Below, piece after piece: positions 16,608 to 25,160 of a DNA stretch of 64,000 nucleotides. The stretch is from an uncultured Chlamydiales bacterium (GTDB lineage: Bacteria; Chlamydiota; Chlamydiia; Chlamydiales; Rhabdochlamydiaceae): the NCBI GenBank assembly GCA_963700985.1, contig OY969554.1, positions 1,472,001 to 1,536,000 of the forward strand, given 5' to 3'. The stretch's first letter is position 1. Every line of letters starts with the position of its first letter. The position numbers and the translations under genes are program-made. The notes under the pieces were generated by a model. It worked only from the letters and a program-made list of their open reading frames with translations, did not search any database and was not told where the DNA came from.

Positions 16608-19310
16608 ATGCGTAGAGATCATTTCGTTTTCTGCTTGTTAGCACTCTCTCTTCCCCTTCTTCCGGCGCTAAAGCCGGTAAAGAATGCTACGCCTCAAGAG
16701 GCTCTGCAGCTCAGACGCATCGCCGAATATTGGAAAGAGGGCGACTATGCAGCCGCTAAAACCCAAATTCTCGAGCTGCTTTCGAATAAGCCAAATAGCA
16801 GTGCTCGCGAACAGCTCTATACGATGCTGGGCGATCTTTATTTCTTCGAGAATCAATATGAAGAAGCCGTTGAAGCTTACAGTCACGTGCAGGATAAGGA
16901 TCTGCAAAAAAAGTGTCAGCTGAATCAATTGCGCTCACTTTATGGTCTAAATCGCTATCCCGAAGTGATCACTCAAGTTGCCAAAGAACTCAATCAAGCT
17001 GGCGGCGATCGCTTTGAAATGCATTATCTCTTAGCTGAATCTCTCTGGCGTCAAGGCATGCAGACGAAAGATGAAGCCAAAAAACTCCAAATTCTAGAAA
17101 AAGCAAAAGAAGAGTATGAAGGACTTTCTAAATCTACGTTCAAAGATTCCTCACTTCTTCCGCTAGCCTACATTCATCGCGAGCTAAAGCATTACCCCGA
17201 AGCTGCCGATTTATTTCTGAAACTGGCACAAAAATATCCTGATAAAAAAGAAGATCTGCTGTTCCAAGTGGCTTCTATGCAAGTTCAAGAAAATAAAGAA
17301 GATGCCTGCAAAACGTTTGCATCGGTCTATCAATTAGGCGGGGAAAAAGCACAGGCTGCTGCTTATAACCAGCTATTACTCCTTTTCCAAATGGAAAAAC
17401 ACGCGGATTTTCTAGCTGTACGCGAGGAAGCAGTTAAGCATCTCTCTCCAGAAAAACTTCCGCTTATCCAACTTTATACAGGTAAAAGTCACTTTGCGCT
17501 GAAAGAATACACACAGGCAGTGGCTCCTCTGCAAGGATTTGTTGCTGGCAAGCAAACAGCGACTCCTGAGCTAAAAAGTGCATTGATCTGCCTAATTAAT
17601 TGCGCAAGAGAGACGAAAGATCTTTCCGTAATGGCAAACGCCGTTCAAAAAATGGGCCAGTTCTTTCTAGAAGATGCTGACTATGCCAAAACACTCATAT
17701 TGCACTCGCAAGTCTGCGAAGAACAGGGCGACCTAAGCGCGGCACAAGAACAGCTAGAGCGTGTGCTCGTTGCCTTTCCAGATTACGAAGAAAAAGAATC
17801 TCTCTCTTATGAAAAAGGCCGCCTGCAACTTAAAGCTCAAAAATGGGAGAAAGGTCGCGAGACTTTTTCAGACTTCATTCAAACCTTTCCTGCCAGTACC
17901 CAGCTCGGCTCTGCTTGGCATCAGTTAGTGCACGCCGGCCTGATGGAGCGTAAACATGCAACAGCAGGTGAGCAACAAGCTAAAAATGAGATGGTCGCCT
18001 CGCTATTAAATGAAGCTCTTAAACAAGAGAATGTCTGGAAAGCCGAAGAAAAAGAAAGCTATGCGTTTTTACTAGGCAAGACGCTTTATGCCTTAGGCAA
18101 ATGGGATGAGAGCACACAGCAATTAGGCGCTTTCATCACAGAACATGCTGCTTCAACATCGCTTGCCGAAGCACATCTGCTAGCTGCTTTAGCTATGCAT
18201 CGCTCTGGAAAAGAGGGAGCAAATTTCCTCGATCACGCTGAAAAAGCTCTTGTGCTTAACCCGCATTTAGAAAATAGCTCCGTACTGCGTCTCATGCTTT
18301 ACAATGCCTATCTCAGAGAAGCTGGTCACAAACATGGCGACAAAGAATTAATCGAAAAAGCCGCTAACCACCTATTTGAATGTGCTAGGCAAAATGATGT
18401 CGAAGTAAAACGCGACAATCTGCTTTGGTTAGCCAACTATTACTACAGCAGAGCAAAAGCCGAAAAAGGCGGTAGCAATTACAGCGAAAGAGCCACGCAG
18501 TTATTTGAGCGTATTCTAAAAGAGCTCAAAGCCATTTCAGCAGATACTCTTTTCCTAGAAGGAGAGGCTCTTAAATATGCTGACCTGCTTAATCATATCG
18601 ATAAAAAAGCAGACTCTCTTGTGATCTTAAATGATCTACGCGCCCTTTATGATGCGCAGCCAGAATTAACCTGGAAGTTTCAGCGACGCACTCTATTGGA
18701 GCTCGGTCGTGTCTATGCCCAGGTGAACGATTATGAAAAAGCACTTTCAACTTATGATTATCTTATCAACACATCTTCGCATGCCCTCTCTTCAGCCGCA
18801 GATGCGGCGCTGCTTGAACGCGCACGCTTGGAATATGGACTTTTAAAGAAAGAAGAGAAAAGTGATGCTAATCCTCGCCTTTCTTCTATTTTGGCTGCGC
18901 TAAAAGACCTTCAAATTAAGCGTAGGCTGCATAGTGAGCCCATCCACCTTGAAGCCGCGTTAGATTACGCGCTGATCAAGTCGGAACTGGCTCCCAAAGA
19001 GAAGCGGCTAGAAAAATTAGTAGCGCTTTTGAAAAATGTGAAAGATGAGTTTTTAAGTGAGGAAGATGCTGATTCTCAAGAGTATCAGGCTTGCAGACTC
19101 CGTCAGTCTGAAAAAGATCAGTTATTTCAGACTTACATGAAATTCATCGATTCCCTCATTCTTCAAACGCAAGCTGCTTTATGCGAAAATGAAGAAGAAG
19201 CCAAAGAACTCAAAATTAAGGGTGATGCGCTGCTCGAAGAACTGAAAAATTCTTCTTCGGACTTAACACCTTATTTACGCGAGAAGATTAAGAACACGAC
19301 CAGTCTATGA
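16608..19310 (+). CDS. large exported TPR-repeat protein
   Basis: Signal-peptide-like N-terminus; many TPR-like helical repeats (LYTMLGDLYFFENQYEEAVEAY, LLELGRVYAQVNDYEKALSTY). Confidence 0.8.
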   Translation: MRRDHFVFCLLALSLPLLPALKPVKNATPQEALQLRRIAEYWKEGDYAAAKTQILELLSNKPNSSAREQLYTMLGDLYFFENQYEEAVEAYSHVQDKDLQKKCQLNQLRSLYGLNRYPEVITQVAKELNQAGGDRFEMHYLLAESLWRQGMQTKDEAKKLQILEKAKEEYEGLSKSTFKDSSLLPLAYIHRELKHYPEAADLFLKLAQKYPDKKEDLLFQVASMQVQENKEDACKTFASVYQLGGEKAQAAAYNQLLLLFQMEKHADFLAVREEAVKHLSPEKLPLIQLYTGKSHFALKEYTQAVAPLQGFVAGKQTATPELKSALICLINCARETKDLSVMANAVQKMGQFFLEDADYAKTLILHSQVCEEQGDLSAAQEQLERVLVAFPDYEEKESLSYEKGRLQLKAQKWEKGRETFSDFIQTFPASTQLGSAWHQLVHAGLMERKHATAGEQQAKNEMVASLLNEALKQENVWKAEEKESYAFLLGKTLYALGKWDESTQQLGAFITEHAASTSLAEAHLLAALAMHRSGKEGANFLDHAEKALVLNPHLENSSVLRLMLYNAYLREAGHKHGDKELIEKAANHLFECARQNDVEVKRDNLLWLANYYYSRAKAEKGGSNYSERATQLFERILKELKAISADTLFLEGEALKYADLLNHIDKKADSLVILNDLRALYDAQPELTWKFQRRTLLELGRVYAQVNDYEKALSTYDYLINTSSHALSSAADAALLERARLEYGLLKKEEKSDANPRLSSILAALKDLQIKRRLHSEPIHLEAALDYALIKSELAPKEKRLEKLVALLKNVKDEFLSEEDADSQEYQACRLRQSEKDQLFQTYMKFIDSLILQTQAALCENEEEAKELKIKGDALLEELKNSSSDLTPYLREKIKNTTSL

Positions 19311-21166
19311 ATAAAAAGCGTTCCCTGCTAGCGACCTGCTTTCTCGTCTCGGTGAGCTTGCATATCTTTTTTCTCGCCTTCTTTATGCGGAATCCATTAG
19401 TTCTGCAAAGCCGCTTTGCCTCACTCTTTCGTAAAAGCACGCCTACTCAGGAAACGATCGCGGCTAATGAAGATGATCTTTTACACCAAGAAATGCTCGA
19501 AGAGGTGTTCGAGGAATTTGCTAAACCTAGCATAAAAGAGATCCCCTTCGATCTGCGCTTTCAACCTACCGACAACTTTAAGCAGCCCTCGGAAGAGCTC
19601 GTTGCTAAGACGCCCGAGCTGCCTCAATTGCCAGAGGCGCCTCTTGAGCAAGCAGACGAGGTCTCTTTACCCACCATGATCGCCCCCTCTTTAGCTTTTG
19701 TGCTGGCAAATTGTGAAGAGCTAGAGAGAACCAAAGAACAAGATGATACGATTTACCCGCAGCTTGCCCTAGAAAAGCGCGCTAGCTCAGAGCCGCAAAA
19801 AACACTTACCTCCTCGTTTGCGCTCGATGACGTAGAAGAGATCGACGACATCGGTCTAGATTCAATGCCCGTAGCAGTCATGACTGAATCAGACTTGCCA
19901 CCCGCTGCACTCATCGAAAGCTTTACCAAAGAACCTTCTCTCGACGTTTTCCCCGAACTGCAATCTTCGATGAATTCGCCTCTCTTTTCTTCGGATGAAA
20001 AAGAAAAAACACGCCCTTTTCTTCTTCCGCAAAGCCCAATCATTTCTTTAGGAAAAGATGCATCGCTCGGCATTCCAGAAATGGACGCTCTTCCTGATCT
20101 CGATGCTTATCTTTTACCCGAAATTGCGCAAGCCAGACCTTGGGATGAAGCCTTTGATCTCAAAGTTCAACTGATGCCTCATCCAGAAGGCAAAGGCTAT
20201 GTCTTCGCGCTTAATCTCACTGCCAATGATGAGATCGCAATGGAAAGCATGTCTCAGAACTACTACTTTCTGATCGACCGTTCTAGCTCCATCGAACGCT
20301 ATCGTTTCGCTTCTTTTAAAAGAGCCGTCTTAAAAGGCCTCGCTTGTCTGCGCGAAGGCGATAAATTCAACATCATCCTATTTGATAAAAAGATCAGACG
20401 CTTAAGCGAAAGTCCTATTCCCTTTTCAAAAGCTGCGCTACAACGCGCTGAAGAGTTTTTAGAGCCACAAGAATGCGGCGGCGCCTTTGCTTCCTCCGAT
20501 CCTTATGCTGCGCTGCCTAAAGTTCTGCCTAGCCAACTCTCGGAAGACGAAGCCCACACTGCCATCTTGATCAGTGATGGCGGCTCTACGCAAGCTCTGG
20601 CTAAACATCAGAAATATATCGCTCAGTGGATTAACAAAAATGAAGGCAAGATCACGGTGCACGCAGCAGCCGTAGGAAAAAACAATAACCTCATTATGCT
20701 TGATCTTCTAACCAGCTGCAGTGGCGGCCAGCTCCTTTATTCTGACACACATGCAGCCTTTCCACGAAAACTCGGCAAGCTCATCTTAGATCAGCGCAAT
20801 CCGATGGTAAAAGATCTAACAATTACAGCTGTTTCAAAAGATCCTGAAACCGAAGTTCTCTTCTATCCCTCTTCAACACAGATGCCCACTCTATTTGCGC
20901 AGCGCCCATATGAGATTGTAGGTACTGTTGATAGCTTCAGCGACTTCACCATTTTGATTCAGGGAAAGTACAAAGATCAGTGGGTGAGCATCACCAAAAA
21001 CATCTCTCTTAAACAATCCGCTAAGGCCCCACGTCTTTTAGAAAAACGCTGGGCTAAAGTGCGCGCTAAAGGCCAGTATGAGAGCTTTTTAAAAGAGGGC
21101 AAGGTTGCACACCTCTTAAAAGCCAAGGAACTCCTCAAATCATCTGGCAATGAGCAATTCCAATGA
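19307..21166 (+). CDS. membrane-anchored von Willebrand factor A domain protein
   Basis: N-terminal TM with SVSLH; acidic/Pro-rich linker; MIDAS FLIDRSSS and ILISDG. Confidence 0.8.
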   Translation: MNKKRSLLATCFLVSVSLHIFFLAFFMRNPLVLQSRFASLFRKSTPTQETIAANEDDLLHQEMLEEVFEEFAKPSIKEIPFDLRFQPTDNFKQPSEELVAKTPELPQLPEAPLEQADEVSLPTMIAPSLAFVLANCEELERTKEQDDTIYPQLALEKRASSEPQKTLTSSFALDDVEEIDDIGLDSMPVAVMTESDLPPAALIESFTKEPSLDVFPELQSSMNSPLFSSDEKEKTRPFLLPQSPIISLGKDASLGIPEMDALPDLDAYLLPEIAQARPWDEAFDLKVQLMPHPEGKGYVFALNLTANDEIAMESMSQNYYFLIDRSSSIERYRFASFKRAVLKGLACLREGDKFNIILFDKKIRRLSESPIPFSKAALQRAEEFLEPQECGGAFASSDPYAALPKVLPSQLSEDEAHTAILISDGGSTQALAKHQKYIAQWINKNEGKITVHAAAVGKNNNLIMLDLLTSCSGGQLLYSDTHAAFPRKLGKLILDQRNPMVKDLTITAVSKDPETEVLFYPSSTQMPTLFAQRPYEIVGTVDSFSDFTILIQGKYKDQWVSITKNISLKQSAKAPRLLEKRWAKVRAKGQYESFLKEGKVAHLLKAKELLKSSGNEQFQ

Positions 21167-21732
21167 GTCTGCGGATCCTAGGCGGGACCCTGCGCGGCCG
21201 CCTGCTTAAATCTCCCAAACATGAATCTGTTCGGCCCACCACGGGCATCCTGCGTAAATCGGTCTTTGATATTTGCAAAGATCGCATTTTAGAAGCGCGC
21301 TTTTTAGATCTTTTTGCAGGTTCTGGATCTATCGGCATCGAGGCGCTAAGCCGCGGCGCAGAACATGTGACCTTTGTCGACAATGACGCACGCTCGATTC
21401 AATGCATTCAAGAAAACCTACGCACTTTTAAACTCGAAGAGCAAGCTACCCTGCTTAAAGGTGACGTGGTAACCATATTAGGCAGATTAGAAGAGCTCAA
21501 CAAGACCTTCGATATCATCTATATAGACCCTCCTTATGGGGAGACAGCCTTCCATCCTCAACTCATTACTCTACTCGATCAACTTCAGCTCGCACATGAT
21601 GCCACCGTCTTTATCGAAGAAGCCTATCCATCGCCCTGGCTTAAGCAAGAGATCCCCCTCAAACATCTAATCTGTAAAGATAAGCGCCACTTCGGCAGGT
21701 CGCTCTTGCATCAATATATTCCGCGCCCTTAG
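21163..21732 (+). CDS. rsmD: 16S rRNA m2G966 methyltransferase
   Basis: LRILGGTLRGR, VRPT, LDLFAGSGSIGIEALSRGA, DPPY. Confidence 0.93.
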   Translation: MSLRILGGTLRGRLLKSPKHESVRPTTGILRKSVFDICKDRILEARFLDLFAGSGSIGIEALSRGAEHVTFVDNDARSIQCIQENLRTFKLEEQATLLKGDVVTILGRLEELNKTFDIIYIDPPYGETAFHPQLITLLDQLQLAHDATVFIEEAYPSPWLKQEIPLKHLICKDKRHFGRSLLHQYIPRP

Positions 21733-21741
21733 TCTGCAATT

Positions 21742-22224
21742 ATGGAAAAGGCTCTTTTTGCCGGTAGTTTTGATCCGCCCACCCTTGGCCATCTGGATAT
21801 CATCCAACGCGCTGCATCCCTCTTTAAAGAGCTTCATGTGGGCATCGCCATCAACCTATCCAAAAGCAGCAAAGAGATCTTCACCATTCAAGAAAGAGAA
21901 ACAATGCTGCGCGAACTCACGCGCGATCTTCCCAATGTGAAAATCGAAAGCTTTTCAGAGCTTGCTGTAGACTTTGCCAAGAAAAAGAAGCTCGGCGTCT
22001 TGATCCGCGGGTTGCGTTCAGGAGTAGAGTTGGACACAGAATTTCAAATGGCACTCGCCAATCGCAAACTAAGCGGACTCGAAACGCTTTTTCTGCCCGC
22101 TAATCCCGATTATGCACATATTAGCTCTACGCTAATTAAAGAGATCGCCCATTTCAAACGTCGGCTGCACGCCTTTGTGCCACCCTCGCTTGAAGAGCAG
22201 ATCTTTTCGCGTTTGTCACAATAG
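21742..22224 (+). CDS. coaD: phosphopantetheine adenylyltransferase
   Basis: GSFDPPTLGHLDII, IRGLR, ISSTLIKEIA; typical rsmD-coaD order. Confidence 0.95.
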   Translation: MEKALFAGSFDPPTLGHLDIIQRAASLFKELHVGIAINLSKSSKEIFTIQERETMLRELTRDLPNVKIESFSELAVDFAKKKKLGVLIRGLRSGVELDTEFQMALANRKLSGLETLFLPANPDYAHISSTLIKEIAHFKRRLHAFVPPSLEEQIFSRLSQ

Positions 22225-22307
22225 GTTCATTTCCATCAAATACGCGGTGTAATTGATTTTTTTCTGTCTGAGTGGCAAACTGCTGCAAATTTTTATTCAC
22301 CAGGCTC

Positions 22308-23324
22308 ATGACACATCCAATTGCTCCTACTTCTCCGCGCATCTCTGTTGAATCTACAGACTCTCTTGCACCTCCTGCTACGCATAAAAAAAGAAAATCT
22401 GTTAGTTGGAGGGATCATATCTTTAATGATCCTTTAGCTCTATACGAGAACCGAACAATTGAGGCGCGCAGTCAGCCAGTGGTGCATTTTTACATTCCAC
22501 CTGCTCCAGTCAAAGCAGCTCATCTAGAGGTTAGAACAGATAAGCAGCCTACGCAAAGAGAAGTTACCTGCTGGTCTTGGCTAGAAAATATTCTTCCCGC
22601 GTTTCTATTCAATATTCTTTCGTGGTTTAAAAGCGCGATTGAATCATTTTTCTTTTCTGTGGCTGCCTCAGAAACACCAGCGGGAGAAATATCACCCATT
22701 TCTACCTTAGGCGAACCGGCGCCATCTACTGAAAAACAGCCGAGTCAAGGTGCTCTCCCTCTTGCAGCTGAATTAGAGCAGATTGAAGGTGAGTTAGATG
22801 AGATAGAGGGTGAGGAAGCATCTGAAGAAGACTTTCGAACCTCACACAAGCCTGACCCAATTGTTAAGTTGCTAAATAGTCTCTTCCTTCATCAAATTAC
22901 AACATGGAATGACGAACAAGAAAAAGAAAAATTTAATATTACGGGCTACTTCTTTTCTAAGAGGATTACAGTTGTAAAACTTATATTTCCAGACGAAGAA
23001 GCGGCATTAGAAAAACACTTAAAAACATACACTGGTGCAAATAAGAGTGAGTATCTCCCTGATCTGAAAGAGTTCTTTAGCTCTTTTATCGAGAAAGGAA
23101 ACGCTGTGGATTTTACCTGGACGCAGGTAGCAATTTCGAAAAAACCCAGTTTTAGGAAAGACCAACATTCGATTGTTACCTCTGTAACTGAATGGACAGT
23201 AGATAACAAAAAACTTGAATCAAGAAACTTTTCTCGCCCAAACCTACGAGAGCCTATTGCCGTAATTCGAAACTTTCCTTTACTTGCTGAGGCCGGCATT
23301 TCAACTGCCGATCTTACTGTGTGA
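22308..23324 (+). CDS. hypothetical protein, putative secreted effector
   Basis: Ser/Pro/Thr-rich N-terminus, amphipathic CWSWLENILPAFLFNILSWF segment, acidic linker. Confidence 0.65.
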   Translation: MTHPIAPTSPRISVESTDSLAPPATHKKRKSVSWRDHIFNDPLALYENRTIEARSQPVVHFYIPPAPVKAAHLEVRTDKQPTQREVTCWSWLENILPAFLFNILSWFKSAIESFFFSVAASETPAGEISPISTLGEPAPSTEKQPSQGALPLAAELEQIEGELDEIEGEEASEEDFRTSHKPDPIVKLLNSLFLHQITTWNDEQEKEKFNITGYFFSKRITVVKLIFPDEEAALEKHLKTYTGANKSEYLPDLKEFFSSFIEKGNAVDFTWTQVAISKKPSFRKDQHSIVTSVTEWTVDNKKLESRNFSRPNLREPIAVIRNFPLLAEAGISTADLTV

Positions 23325-23396
23325 GTTTGAGCTATTTACCTCTATTCCATAGGTTTTAAAATAAATTTTATGTATTTTAATTTGAAATTATAATCT

Positions 23397-23424
23397 TTGA
23401 TATTAATTATAAATGCATTATAAT
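23397..23424 (+). promoter_or_regulatory. sigma66 promoter
   Basis: TTGATA-N16-TATAAT in a very AT-rich gap upstream of ATG 23459. Confidence 0.5.
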
Positions 23425-23458
23425 TTTATAGAATTAAAACAAAATAACGGAATCTTAT

Positions 23459-24346
23459 ATGTCCATTAAACCACCTAGCCTAAGTCTCAAGACAGTTGAT
23501 CTAAACTCTTCGGTGAACTCTTTTCTCTCTAATTCACCAACAAATAAGGCTTCCCCAACTGGCCCTGATATGCACTCAAGATTCCTGCCCGATGAGCACA
23601 CACCAGAACGCTTTTGTGCATGCCTAGATAACTGGCTGCCTGCTTGTATCGTGGGATTTATCGAAATGATCTGTGCATGGGTAAATTCGATTTGTGGAAA
23701 AACAGAAGCCGCGGAAGCAAACCCCTCCTCTGAACCCAATTCTCCAAAATCTCCTTCCCCAAGATCTCCCGTAGCGCAGCCATCAGCCTTAGCTGCAGCT
23801 GCTCCAGATGTACAGCCAGCTCAAGTTAATATCATTCCTTGTGCAGGGATACGCAAGATCTTTAATCTAGATGCGTTTAACTGGGAAAACACATATGCCC
23901 GATATCGCGAAATGGATAGTAGCGGAACAAGCAAACACTGCGAAAAATTTGAAAGCACAACCATCATCCACGCAGTTGTCACCTATAAAGACGGCTCAAC
24001 TCTCCCTCAAAGGATGCAGCAGGCTTTCACACCAAAAAACCGCGGCGAATACCGAGCTGTGCTCGATAAGTTCCGAGCCCAACTTGAAACAGACAAAGAA
24101 ATCACCGACTACAAAATCGTCATTTTGGGGCACTCCCGATCCGGTGGATTAGCTGACATGGCTAGCATAGCCACTTATATTAACAGCACAGCACGTTACG
24201 GCCATCCCAGGTTTTTCGCTTGGACCTTTAACGAATATCTCCAGGAAGTTCGTACAAATGCAGCCTTACCTCCAGATCAGCAGGATAAACAGATTCAGCT
24301 TTTATCAAGCGTTCTGAAGTCTCAGGATTTTCCTCTACCTTATTGA
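23459..24346 (+). CDS. hypothetical protein, putative secreted effector
   Basis: MSIKPPS... Ser/Pro-rich N-terminus; Cys-rich motif shared with the next gene. Confidence 0.7.
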   Translation: MSIKPPSLSLKTVDLNSSVNSFLSNSPTNKASPTGPDMHSRFLPDEHTPERFCACLDNWLPACIVGFIEMICAWVNSICGKTEAAEANPSSEPNSPKSPSPRSPVAQPSALAAAAPDVQPAQVNIIPCAGIRKIFNLDAFNWENTYARYREMDSSGTSKHCEKFESTTIIHAVVTYKDGSTLPQRMQQAFTPKNRGEYRAVLDKFRAQLETDKEITDYKIVILGHSRSGGLADMASIATYINSTARYGHPRFFAWTFNEYLQEVRTNAALPPDQQDKQIQLLSSVLKSQDFPLPY

Positions 24347-24360
24347 CTTTAGGGAATTTC

Positions 24361-25077
24361 ATGTCAGTTGATGGAACAAAATTAGACCAGCCAGCCACTC
24401 TGGGTTTCCCTTCTTACGCTCATCTCGATGAGCGTGCGCCTGCAGTCACGGGGGCTGGTTCTAGATCAACGCTCGAAAATGCTGGGCACCCAGAACCAGA
24501 AGATGCTAATGGCAACACGCCAACACGTTTTTGCACTTGTCTAGATAGTTGGTTGCCTACGTGCATCGTCGACTTTCTCGAAATGATCTGCTCATGGGTT
24601 GACTCTTGCACCCAATCTTTCAATAGACAAGCTCCAGAAACTCCTGATGATCTCAATCCCCTGCAACCTGCGCAAGATCATGCGCCTAAACCTCATGCCA
24701 GATCTCATATAAGACCTCTTGTTGAAGAAGCTGCGCCGCAAATGCCTCCTCCGCAACCAGCTGCCCAGGATCTTCGTATTGATGATTCCTTTGTGCGAAG
24801 CTTTATTGCAGCCTCCCAGCAACTCTTACCCGCCGATGCCCCAAAACCACGTTCTGGATTAGGCACCGCTCCAACTCCACAAATCGACGAGCGATCAGGG
24901 CTTCCCATAGACGAACCTGTGAGTGAGTGGTATTATTTAGAGTGTGTACGGCGGAGAGAAGCAGAAAAGTATGCACAGCGTACTTACGATGAGCTTTTAC
25001 AAGATCAAAACCGACGCCAAGCCATGCTTGCGAAAGCAAATCCCAATACTTCTCTTACACCACCTATAACAACCTAA
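24361..25077 (+). CDS. hypothetical protein, putative secreted effector (paralogous N-terminal motif)
   Basis: ATG 24361 after AGGGA; TPTRFCTCLDSWLPTCIVDFLEMICSWVDS motif; Pro-rich. Confidence 0.7.
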   Translation: MSVDGTKLDQPATLGFPSYAHLDERAPAVTGAGSRSTLENAGHPEPEDANGNTPTRFCTCLDSWLPTCIVDFLEMICSWVDSCTQSFNRQAPETPDDLNPLQPAQDHAPKPHARSHIRPLVEEAAPQMPPPQPAAQDLRIDDSFVRSFIAASQQLLPADAPKPRSGLGTAPTPQIDERSGLPIDEPVSEWYYLECVRRREAEKYAQRTYDELLQDQNRRQAMLAKANPNTSLTPPITT

Positions 25078-25085
25078 AACGCAGC

Positions 25086-25119
25086 AGGCGCACGGTAGGA
25101 TGTATCCTGCCGCCGCCTT
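25086..25119. terminator. GC-rich hairpin between convergent genes
   Basis: AGGCG-ca-CGGTAGGAT-gt-ATCCTGCCG-c-CGCCT. Confidence 0.45.
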
Positions 25120-25160
25120 GCAGCAATCCTGTTTATTTATCTTCCACAAGATCAGCTTAA

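Noticed and set aside
22273-22288. TGGCAAACTGCTGCA as a possible sigma54 promoter for the effector cluster
   Set aside because: GG-GC spacing is 9 nt rather than the obligatory 10.
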